Assembly: GCA_029860045.1 (NCBI GenBank)
Contig: JAOUBY010000001.1
Coordinates: 1,026-65,025 of the forward strand
Direction of reading: 5' to 3'
DNA from: Gammaproteobacteria bacterium
GTDB taxonomy: Bacteria; Pseudomonadota; Gammaproteobacteria; UBA9214
DNA length: 64,000 nt
The notes under the pieces are model-generated. The model did no database searches, was not told the origin of the DNA, and was given only the letters and a program-made list of their open reading frames with translations. A program made the position numbers and the translations under genes. Below are positions 56,443-64,000 of the stretch, one piece after another (within the stretch, counting starts at the first letter, position 1; each line of letters starts with the position of its first letter).

Positions 56443-57897
56443 TCAGAATCGTTCCAGTTCGGGGTGCGGGAGCTGCCCATGGTGGACATGCATGGCACCG
56501 AATTCCGCACAGCGGTGCAGGGTGGGGATGGCCTTGCCGGGATTGAGCAGCCCGTGTGGATCAAAAGCGGCCTTGACGGCGTGAAACTGCTGCAGTTCGG
56601 CATTGTTGAATTGCACACACATCTGATTGATTTTTTCCAGGCCAACACCGTGCTCGCCGGTAATGGTGCCGCCCACGGCAACGCAGAGTTCCAGAATTTT
56701 TCCGCCCAGTTCTTCGGTGCGTTCCAGTTCGCCGGGCTTGTTGGCATCGTACAGGATCAGCGGGTGCAGGTTGCCGTCGCCGGCGTGGAACACATTGCAG
56801 ATCGGCAGGTTGTATTCCTGTGACAGGCGTTCGATCTCGTTCAGTACCTGTGCCAGGTGCTTGCGGGGAATGGTGCCGTCCATGCAGTAGTAGTCCGGCG
56901 ACAGTCGACCCATGGCGGGAAACGCGGCCTTGCGACCGGCCCAGAAGCGCATGCGTTCGGCCTCGTTGTGCGAGACCTGCAGCGAGCTACAGCCGGCTTC
57001 ATGAAATACGCTGCTGACCTGTTCGACCTGTGCCACGACATCATCCGCGTCGCCATCCAGTTCGCACAGCAGGATGGCAGCGGCATCGGTCGGATAACCG
57101 GTCGACATGAACTTGTCCACCGCCCGGATGGCGGGGTTGTCGAGCAGTTCCAGGCCGGCCGGGATGATGCCGCTGGCAATGGTCGCAGTCACCGCGGCAC
57201 CGGCAGCGTCGACCGAGTCAAATGCCGCCAGCACCACCTGTGCTGCTTGTGGGCATGGCAGCAGCTTGACGGTGATCTCGGTGATCACGCCAAGCAGGCC
57301 CTCCGAGCCGGTCAGCAATGCCAGCAGGTCAAAGCCGGGGGCATCGAGTGCCTGGCTGCCCAGGGTGAGTTGTTCGCCGTCAATGGTGAGCAGTTCGAGC
57401 GACTGGATGTTGTGTGTGGTCAGTCCGTATTTAAGACAGTGCACGCCGCCGGCATTTTCCGCCACATTGCCGCCGATGGAGCAGGCGATCTGGGATGACG
57501 GGTCCGGTGCGTAGTAAAGTCCGTAGGGTTCGGCTGCCCTGGAGATGGCCAGGTTGGTTACGCCTGGCTGCACCCTGGCTACGCGGTTATCACGGTCGAT
57601 GGCAATGATACGGTTGAATTTTGCCAGGCTGAGTATCACGCCATCGGCCAGCGGCATGGCGCCGCCGGACAGTCCCGTGCCGGAGCCGCGCGCCACCACG
57701 GGTACCCTGTGCTCCGTGCAGAGGGCCAGCGTGGTACGCAACTGTTGCTCCGTTGCCGGGATGACCACCGCCATGGGTAACTGGCGGTAGGCGGACAGCG
57801 CGTCGCATTCGTACGGGCGCAGGTCCTCCGGGTCGAACAGCACGCACTCGGCAGGCAGTTGCCCGCGCAGTCGGGAAATGATCGTTTTGTCAGACAT
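56443..57897 (-). CDS. glcD: glycolate oxidase subunit GlcD (FAD-linked oxidase)
   Basis: 484 aa; FAD-linked oxidase N- and C-terminal domains. Confidence 0.9.
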   Translation of the reverse strand: MSDKTIISRLRGQLPAECVLFDPEDLRPYECDALSAYRQLPMAVVIPATEQQLRTTLALCTEHRVPVVARGSGTGLSGGAMPLADGVILSLAKFNRIIAIDRDNRVARVQPGVTNLAISRAAEPYGLYYAPDPSSQIACSIGGNVAENAGGVHCLKYGLTTHNIQSLELLTIDGEQLTLGSQALDAPGFDLLALLTGSEGLLGVITEITVKLLPCPQAAQVVLAAFDSVDAAGAAVTATIASGIIPAGLELLDNPAIRAVDKFMSTGYPTDAAAILLCELDGDADDVVAQVEQVSSVFHEAGCSSLQVSHNEAERMRFWAGRKAAFPAMGRLSPDYYCMDGTIPRKHLAQVLNEIERLSQEYNLPICNVFHAGDGNLHPLILYDANKPGELERTEELGGKILELCVAVGGTITGEHGVGLEKINQMCVQFNNAELQQFHAVKAAFDPHGLLNPGKAIPTLHRCAEFGAMHVHHGQLPHPELERF

Positions 57898-58029
57898 GAG
57901 TGGCCTATTATGTCAAGCATTGACGGCTTATCAAGTAATGTTGATTATCGCCGATAGTGCTTGAAATACCAGCAGGCAGTGAATGTCTGCATAAGCGGTA
58001 CCGTATTTTGACCATGTTATGATTCGACT

Positions 58030-58551
58030 ATGCAATGCACCGTCAGACATTTTCTTCATCACGGCATCCCCGCGAAAAATTTCGCCGGGTTGATGGAACT
58101 GTACGAGTGTAATTACATACGCCTGCGTAACCTGGTGCCGGATGCCGATGACATTCCGGACAACGTGATCTCGCGAATTGAGGGTGTACTGGATCTGCAC
58201 CTGCGCGTGGTGGAGCGTTGCAAATTCACTACCACGCTCAATCTCACCTATTACTTTCACGATCGCGAGGGCGAGTTTCCCGCACCGGACATGCAGGTAC
58301 GCCTGTACCACGATGCCCAGGTGGGCGAGGTGATCTCCTGCGGTCGTCGGCGCGGACAGCGTCATGCAGTCTACAATCGCATGTTCCATACCTATACGCT
58401 GGCCGAGAAATGGCGCATGAACCGTTTTCTGCAGAAATGGCTGGGTTACTGTCTGATGCAGGGTCACCGTTTCATTCCCGGTCGTGTGCTGGTGCCGGAA
58501 CAGGCCGCACCCGATGCCCAGACGCACAGCGTGGCCAGCGTCGAAACCTGA
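58030..58551 (+). CDS. DUF1249 (YqiB-like) protein
   Basis: VRLYHDAQVGEV and FLQKWLGYCL match E. coli YqiB blocks. Confidence 0.7.
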   Translation: MQCTVRHFLHHGIPAKNFAGLMELYECNYIRLRNLVPDADDIPDNVISRIEGVLDLHLRVVERCKFTTTLNLTYYFHDREGEFPAPDMQVRLYHDAQVGEVISCGRRRGQRHAVYNRMFHTYTLAEKWRMNRFLQKWLGYCLMQGHRFIPGRVLVPEQAAPDAQTHSVASVET

Positions 58552-58624
58552 GCAGAATTTCCCCCGGTATATCTCTATTGTGATAGTGCCCGGCGCTTGC
58601 ATGCATCGCGCCGCGCCCTCATAA

Positions 58625-58655
58625 TATTTCCTGACTATTTTACTTGGTTATTATC
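58625..58655 (+). promoter_or_regulatory. candidate IscR type-1 box / promoter region upstream of iscR
   Basis: TCCTGACTATTTTACTTGG resembles CCCGACTAAATCAGTCAAG type-1 IscR sites; CTCATAATA -10-like element just upstream. Confidence 0.3.
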
Positions 58656-58700
58656 CCGTGAGCGCCAATTCCACGGCTTTCTTGCGGGAATTTCATACCT

Positions 58701-59177
58701 ATGCGGCTATCGACAAAAGGACGTTATGCAGTAACCGCCATGCTGGACCTGGCCATTCATCATGGCGAGGGTGCTGTGACGCTTGCTGACATCTCCGAGG
58801 CGCAGGGCATTTCCCTGTCCTACCTCGAACAACTGTTCGCGCGACTGCGCAAGAACGGGCTGGTCGAGGGTATTCGGGGTCCCGGCGGGGGTTACCAGCT
58901 GTCGCGTCCGCCGACCGAGATATCGGTTGCACACGTAATCGATGCCATTGGTGAGGGTGTCGATGTGACCCTGTGTGGCGGCAAGACGGATTGCCAGGAA
59001 GGCGAGCGCTGCCTGACCCACGAGCTCTGGCAGCAACTCGGTGGCAGGATCCACGAGTTCCTTGAAGGTATTACCCTGGACAGCTTCCTGAAACGGAAGA
59101 ACGTCAACGCGGTAGTGCGTCGGCAGCAGAACGATCTCGCCGTCGAGACGCCCCGTCTGCGCAAGACGGTGGCCTGA
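58701..59177 (+). CDS. iscR: Fe-S cluster assembly transcriptional regulator IscR (Rrf2 family)
   Basis: [18 protein letters not shown]...; three cluster-ligand Cys ([13 protein letters not shown]). Confidence 0.9.
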   Translation: MRLSTKGRYAVTAMLDLAIHHGEGAVTLADISEAQGISLSYLEQLFARLRKNGLVEGIRGPGGGYQLSRPPTEISVAHVIDAIGEGVDVTLCGGKTDCQEGERCLTHELWQQLGGRIHEFLEGITLDSFLKRKNVNAVVRRQQNDLAVETPRLRKTVA

Positions 59178-59225
59178 GGCCAAGTGTTTACGAATCTGGA
59201 TTAACCTGTAGAGAAGGCAGATTGC

Positions 59226-60446
59226 ATGAACATCAGCATACCAATTTACATGGACTATTCAGCAACCACGCCGGTTGATGAGCGCGTTGCTGAAAAAATG
59301 ATGAGCTACCTGACACGTCAGGGCAAGTTTGGTAATCCTGCGTCACGTTCCCATTCCTTTGGCTGGGCGGCGGACGAGGCCGTGGTGCAGGCGCGCCAGG
59401 ACGTTGCGCAACTGGTCAATGCCGACCCGCGCGAGATTGTCTGGACCTCCGGTGCGACCGAGTCCGATAACCTGGCTATCAAGGGTGCGGCTCATTTCTA
59501 CAAGAAGGGCGGCAAGCACATCGTTACCCTGAAGACGGAACACAAGGCGGTGCTGGACTCCTGTCGTCAGCTGGAACGCGAAGGTTATGAAGTGACTTAC
59601 CTGGAGCCGGAGTCCAACGGGTTGCTTGATCTGAAAAAGCTGGAGGCGGCCCTGCGCGATGACACCATCCTGGTCAGTGTCATGCACGTCAACAACGAGA
59701 TCGGTGTTATCCAGGATATCGAGGCAATCGGCGAACTCTGTCGTGCCCGCAAGATCGTGTTTCATGTCGATGCTGCCCAGAGCGCAGGCAAGATTCCGAT
59801 CGACCTGGGTACACTCAAGGTCGACCTGATGTCGTTCTCGGCACACAAGATTTATGGCCCCAAGGGGATTGGTGCGCTGTATGTGCGCCGTAAGCCGCGT
59901 GTGCGCCTGGAGGCGCAGATGCACGGTGGCGGGCACGAACGTGGCCTGCGTTCCGGTACGCTGGCGACACACCAGATCGCCGGCATGGGTGAGGCGTTCC
60001 GCATAGCGCGCGAAGAGATGGCCGAGGAGGGCAAACGCATCCAGGCATTGCGCGATCGTCTCTGGAACGGACTGAACGAGATGGAAGAGGTCTACCTGAA
60101 TGGCGATATGGAACATCGTATACCGGGCAACCTGAACGTCAGTTTCAACTACGTGGAAGGTGAAAGCCTGATTATGGCGCTGAAGGACATGGCTGTTTCT
60201 TCCGGCTCGGCCTGTACCAGTTCCAGCCTGGAGCCGTCCTATGTACTGCGCGCCATCGGCCGCAATGACGAATTGGCACACAGCTCCATCCGCTTTACCA
60301 TTGGTCGTTTCACCACGGAAGAGGAAGTCGACTACATAATCGACCGGGTCAGGGAAAAGGTCGACAAGCTACGCGAGCTGTCACCGCTCTGGGATATGTA
60401 CAAGGACGGCATCGATCTGGATTCAGTCCAGTGGGCGGCACACTAG
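59226..60446 (+). CDS. iscS: cysteine desulfurase IscS
   Basis: 406 aa; PLP Lys ([12 protein letters not shown]), SSGSACTS active-site loop, C-terminus ...[22 protein letters not shown]. Confidence 0.95.
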   Translation: MNISIPIYMDYSATTPVDERVAEKMMSYLTRQGKFGNPASRSHSFGWAADEAVVQARQDVAQLVNADPREIVWTSGATESDNLAIKGAAHFYKKGGKHIVTLKTEHKAVLDSCRQLEREGYEVTYLEPESNGLLDLKKLEAALRDDTILVSVMHVNNEIGVIQDIEAIGELCRARKIVFHVDAAQSAGKIPIDLGTLKVDLMSFSAHKIYGPKGIGALYVRRKPRVRLEAQMHGGGHERGLRSGTLATHQIAGMGEAFRIAREEMAEEGKRIQALRDRLWNGLNEMEEVYLNGDMEHRIPGNLNVSFNYVEGESLIMALKDMAVSSGSACTSSSLEPSYVLRAIGRNDELAHSSIRFTIGRFTTEEEVDYIIDRVREKVDKLRELSPLWDMYKDGIDLDSVQWAAH

Positions 60447-60454
60447 GAAAAATT

Positions 60455-60778
60455 ATGGCGATAACCCTGACTGAAAACGCGGCGGAGCGCATCAGGAGCT
60501 TCATGGAGCAGCGGGGCGAGTGTGTCGCGCTGCGTCTTGCGGTCAAGACCACCGGCTGCTCGGGCATGGCCTACGTGATGGAATACGCCGATGTGATCGA
60601 GGATGACGACGTGCTGTTCGAGGATCATGGCGTCAAGCTGGTGGTCAATCCCAAGAGCCTGGTCTACCTTGACGGCACCGAGCTGGATTTCGCGCGGGAG
60701 GGTCTGAACGAGGGCTTCAAATTCAACAACCCGAACGTCAAGGACATGTGCGGTTGCGGCGAGAGCTTCAACGTTTAA
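60455..60778 (+). CDS. iscA: iron-sulfur cluster insertion protein IscA
   Basis: 107 aa; C-x-G...CGCGESF; starts 9 nt after the iscS stop, leaving no room for iscU. Confidence 0.9.
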   Translation: MAITLTENAAERIRSFMEQRGECVALRLAVKTTGCSGMAYVMEYADVIEDDDVLFEDHGVKLVVNPKSLVYLDGTELDFAREGLNEGFKFNNPNVKDMCGCGESFNV

Positions 60779-60821
60779 TGTCAGTCGGTCACTGACGTCG
60801 CTGATTCAGCGTTCTACCCTT

Positions 60822-61373
60822 ATGGCTGTGGAGTCTTCCTCATCCCACTTTGAGTTGTTCGGTCTGCCCCGTTCGTTCGGTGTGGACCGGCAGTTGCTGG
60901 ATGCGCATTACAGGGAGCTGCAACGCACGGTACACCCGGATCGCTTCGTTAATGCCACGGATACCGAGCGCAGGTTGTCCGCGCAGCAGGCGACGCGTAT
61001 CAACGAGGGCTACCAGACGCTGAAAGACCCGCTGCTACGCGGACGCTACCTGCTGGAACTGGCGGGTATCGACCATAATGATGAGCATCGCACCACCCGG
61101 GACGCACGTTTCCTGATGGAACAGATGGATTTGCGCGAGACCCTGTCCGGGGTGCGCGATGCAGCGAACGTGTTTGCTGCGCTGGAGGAGATCATGGACC
61201 GTATCGGTACGGAACTGGATAATCTTACCGCCGAGGTCTCGGATCTGCTGGAGCGTGGCGATGCAGACAGCCTGGCCGGGGCCGGCGAGGCATTGATGAA
61301 GATGCAGTTCTACCGGCGACTGCAGGACGAGGCGGTGGAGCTGGAAGTGGAACTGGAAGACGAACTGGCCTGA
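60822..61373 (+). CDS. hscB: co-chaperone HscB
   Basis: J-domain HPD motif (TVHPDRF), three-helix C-terminal domain. Confidence 0.9.
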   Translation: MAVESSSSHFELFGLPRSFGVDRQLLDAHYRELQRTVHPDRFVNATDTERRLSAQQATRINEGYQTLKDPLLRGRYLLELAGIDHNDEHRTTRDARFLMEQMDLRETLSGVRDAANVFAALEEIMDRIGTELDNLTAEVSDLLERGDADSLAGAGEALMKMQFYRRLQDEAVELEVELEDELA

Positions 61374-61416
61374 ACCCGCATTCGACTGTTATTGACAACC
61401 TTGTTAGCTGACTCAA

Positions 61417-63294
61417 ATGGCACTGCTGCAAATCTCTGAACCCGGTCAGTCGACCGCGCCGCACCAGCACCGGCTGGCCGCTGGTATCGATCTGGGCACC
61501 ACCAATTCACTGGTGGCGAGCGTGCGCAGTGGCGTGGCCGATACCCTGCCGGATATGGACGGTCGCCACCTGTTGCCATCGGTGGTGCGTTACGGTGCAG
61601 AAGCCGCGCCTGTTGTTGGCCATGTCGCGCTGGATGCTGCGGTGGAAGATCCACTCAATACCATTGCCTCGGTGAAACGCCTGATGGGGCGTGGCATTGC
61701 CGACGTCAAGCACATTGGTTCGCAGCTGCCTTATGAGTTTGTCAGTGGTTCGAGCGGCATGCCGCTGCTGCACACCGCGGCGGGCGATGTCAGTCCGGTC
61801 GAGGTGTCGGCGCAGATCCTGCGCAGCCTGAAGGCGCGCGCCGAGCAAACCCTGGGTGGCGATTTGCAGGGCGTGGTTATTACCGTGCCGGCGTATTTCG
61901 ATGAGGCACAGCGCCAGGCGACCAAGGATGCCGGCCGGCTGGCCGGGCTGAACGTACTGCGCCTGCTGAACGAACCCACGGCCGCGGCCGTTGCCTACGG
62001 GCTCGATCAGGGTGCCGAGGGTGTCATCGCAATCTATGATCTCGGTGGGGGTACCTTTGATATTTCCATTCTGCGTCTCAACAAGGGCGTGTTCGAAGTG
62101 TTGTCCACGTCCGGGGACACGGCACTCGGTGGTGATGACCTGGACCGCGCTGTTGCGGGCTGGATCATGCAGCAGGCCGGCATAGCGGATGATGCCGGGC
62201 ACAGTGCCATGCGTCACCTGCTGCAACTGGCCTGTCATGCCAAGGAAACGTTGACCAGCCAGGACAGCGCTGAGCTCAGCATCACGCGGGCTGACGGCAG
62301 TGAGTGGCAGGGTATCCTGTCACGCGAGACATTCAACGCGCTGATAACGCCGCTGGTGGAAAAGACGCTGGGACCGTGCCGGCGTGCCTTGCGCGATGCC
62401 GGTGTGCGCGCACACGAGATACAGTCCGTGGTGATGGTCGGTGGCTCCACGCGGGTACCGCTGGTGCGTGAACGGGTTGCTGATCATTTCAGGACCGAAC
62501 CCATGGTCGATATCGACCCGGACAAGGTGGTTGCGGTGGGCGCTGCCATCCAGGCCGATATCCTTGCCGGCAACAAGCCGGATGAGGAAATGCTGTTGCT
62601 GGACGTGATCCCGCTGTCACTGGGGCTGGAGACCATGGGTGGACTGACGGAAAAGATTATTACACGCAATACCACCATCCCGGCGGCACGCGCGCAGGAA
62701 TTTACTACCTTCAAGGACGGCCAGACGGCCATGTCGCTGCACGTGGTGCAGGGCGAGCGTGAACTGGTTGACGACTGTCGTTCGCTGGCGAAGTTCGAAT
62801 TGCGCGAGATCCCGCCGCTGGTGGCCGGTGCCGCGCGCATCCGCGTTACCTTCCAGGTCGATGCCGATGGCTTGCTGAACGTGACCGCCGAAGAGCAGAC
62901 CACGGGGGTAAAGAGCAGTATCGAGATCAAGCCGTCATACGGCTTGAGTGATCGCGAGATTGAGACCATGCTGAAGGATTCCATGGAGTTTGCCGCCGAT
63001 GACCGCGATGCGCGGCGCCTGCGCGAGGAACAGGTCGAGGCCGACCGCGTGCTGGAGGCGGTGCATGCGGCGCTGGCAGTCGACGGTGATGTGTTGCTTG
63101 ATGAGCAGGAGCGGGCCCGCATTGATACGGCTGTTGCTGTGCTGACGGAACAACGCAACGGCAGCGACTATCGCGCCATCAGGCAGGCAATCGAGGCCGT
63201 CGAGCAGGCCAGCAGTGCCTGGGTTGAGCGGCGCATGAACAACAGTATCCGCGCAGCCATGGCCGGGCACAGCGTGGACGAATTCAAATCCTGA
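61417..63294 (+). CDS. hscA: Fe-S assembly chaperone HscA (Hsp70 family)
   Basis: 625 aa; IDLGTTNS..., DLGGGTFD Hsp70 signatures. Confidence 0.95.
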   Translation: MALLQISEPGQSTAPHQHRLAAGIDLGTTNSLVASVRSGVADTLPDMDGRHLLPSVVRYGAEAAPVVGHVALDAAVEDPLNTIASVKRLMGRGIADVKHIGSQLPYEFVSGSSGMPLLHTAAGDVSPVEVSAQILRSLKARAEQTLGGDLQGVVITVPAYFDEAQRQATKDAGRLAGLNVLRLLNEPTAAAVAYGLDQGAEGVIAIYDLGGGTFDISILRLNKGVFEVLSTSGDTALGGDDLDRAVAGWIMQQAGIADDAGHSAMRHLLQLACHAKETLTSQDSAELSITRADGSEWQGILSRETFNALITPLVEKTLGPCRRALRDAGVRAHEIQSVVMVGGSTRVPLVRERVADHFRTEPMVDIDPDKVVAVGAAIQADILAGNKPDEEMLLLDVIPLSLGLETMGGLTEKIITRNTTIPAARAQEFTTFKDGQTAMSLHVVQGERELVDDCRSLAKFELREIPPLVAGAARIRVTFQVDADGLLNVTAEEQTTGVKSSIEIKPSYGLSDREIETMLKDSMEFAADDRDARRLREEQVEADRVLEAVHAALAVDGDVLLDEQERARIDTAVAVLTEQRNGSDYRAIRQAIEAVEQASSAWVERRMNNSIRAAMAGHSVDEFKS

Positions 63295-63331
63295 AATTTA
63301 TAAACCGTTTTACCATGAGATCCTGAATACC

Positions 63332-63670
63332 ATGCCGCAAATTATTTTCCTGCCCCACGAAGAGATCTGTCCGGAGGGGGCTGTCATCCAGGTAGAACCG
63401 GGTACCACCATTTGTGATGCCGCCCTGAAACAGGGTATCGAGATCGAGCACGCTTGCGAAAAGTCCTGTGCGTGCACGACCTGCCACGTGTATATCCGCG
63501 AGGGTGGAGAATCCCTCGATGAGACGACCGAAGACGAGGATGACCTGCTTGACAAGGCCTGGGGGCTGGACCCGGATTCGCGGCTCAGTTGCCAGGCCGT
63601 GGTGGGTGATGTCGACCTGGTAATCGAGATACCGAAATACACCATCAACATGGTGTCGGAGAATCATTAA
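63332..63670 (+). CDS. fdx: ISC-system [2Fe-2S] ferredoxin
   Basis: 112 aa; CEKSCACTTCHV...C cluster ligands. Confidence 0.9.
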   Translation: MPQIIFLPHEEICPEGAVIQVEPGTTICDAALKQGIEIEHACEKSCACTTCHVYIREGGESLDETTEDEDDLLDKAWGLDPDSRLSCQAVVGDVDLVIEIPKYTINMVSENH

Positions 63671-63685
63671 GGTTTATTACGGGTG

Positions 63686-63752
63686 TAGGAGCGCCTTGCA
63701 GGCGCGATTCAATTCCAGTGGTATTTCTATCGCGCCTGCAAGGCGCTCCTAC
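63686..63752. repeat. REP family-1 inverted pair (GTAGGAGCGCCTTGCAGGCGCGAT ... ATCGCGCCTGCAAGGCGCTCCTAC)
   Basis: Perfect 24-nt arms separated by 19 nt between fdx and iscX. Confidence 0.85.
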
Positions 63753-63784
63753 AGGTCTCAAATTTGCATGTCAGGAGAGCAAAC

Positions 63785-63985
63785 ATGTCACTGAAATGGA
63801 CAGATAGCCTCGATATCGCCATCGAACTGGAGGAGGCGCGCCCGGATGCCGATCCGCTCAAGGTCAATTTCGTCGACCTGCGCAACTGGGTCATGGAACT
63901 GGAATCATTCGACGATGATTCAGAACACTGTGGCGAACGCATCCTCGAGGCAATCCAGATGGCCTGGATAGAGGAACGTGATTAA
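63785..63985 (+). CDS. iscX: Fe-S assembly protein IscX (YfhJ)
   Basis: Start at MSLKWTDSLDIAIEL; acidic 66-aa protein. Confidence 0.8.
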   Translation: MSLKWTDSLDIAIELEEARPDADPLKVNFVDLRNWVMELESFDDDSEHCGERILEAIQMAWIEERD

Positions 63986-64000
63986 CGCTGCCGCATGCTT

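Noticed and set aside
59343-60281. 312-aa ORF antisense to iscS; 61507-62238 and 62484-63158 antisense to hscA; 58707-59183 antisense to iscR
   Set aside because: Classical antisense ORFs within highly conserved isc genes

Overview
This 64-kb window is from a GC-rich (roughly 60% by eye) gammaproteobacterial chromosome. The backbone is conserved housekeeping synteny: xseA divergent from guaBA; tadA and mltF; dnaX-ybaB-recR; rsgA; orn; glcDEF; and an isc operon (iscR-iscS-iscA-hscB-hscA-fdx-iscX) with no iscU. Several accessory segments are inserted into this backbone.

1. A conserved three-gene AmmeMemoRadiSam system (MEMO1-like, AMMECR1-like, radical SAM) sits at the 5' end, next to an HD-GYP phosphodiesterase.

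2. A lower-GC island (about 11.0-17.1 kb) lies just after guaA and begins with an IS3-family remnant. It carries a Na/Pi-cotransporter-PhoU protein in an operon with an RsbW-like kinase and a STAS antagonist. These converge on a HAMP-PP2C phosphatase and a periplasmic LivK-type binding protein. No sigma factor is linked to this partner-switching module.

3. After tRNA-Ser(CGA) there is a c-di-GMP signalling block: two large GGDEF-EAL sensors and a TtrS/TtrR-like pair (histidine kinase with a PhnD-like periplasmic domain, plus a FixJ-type regulator).

4. tRNA-Ser(GGA) is followed by three direct copies of its 3' flank and further degenerate tRNA-end and terminator remnants. This mosaic contains an ECF sigma / ZAS anti-sigma pair, a DsrE/YchN-like protein, a frameshifted purL 3' fragment, an orphan FimT/GspH-like pseudopilin and an apparently intact IS407-group IS3 element.

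5. Directly downstream is a bufferin-type RiPP operon: a DUF2282 precursor with four Cys, an MNIO (DUF692) enzyme and a DUF2063 partner. It is preceded by an ECF-type promoter (GGAAC-N17-GTCTAT). An AcrAB-like RND efflux pair and an actP/DUF4212 symporter operon follow.

Two families of extragenic palindromic repeats occur at several loci. One has the core GTAGGAGCGCCTTGCAGGCGCGAT; the other is an 82-86 bp GTCATTGCGA...TCGCAATGAC element.

All calls rest on reading the six-frame translations and the nucleotide sequence by eye. No database search was run.
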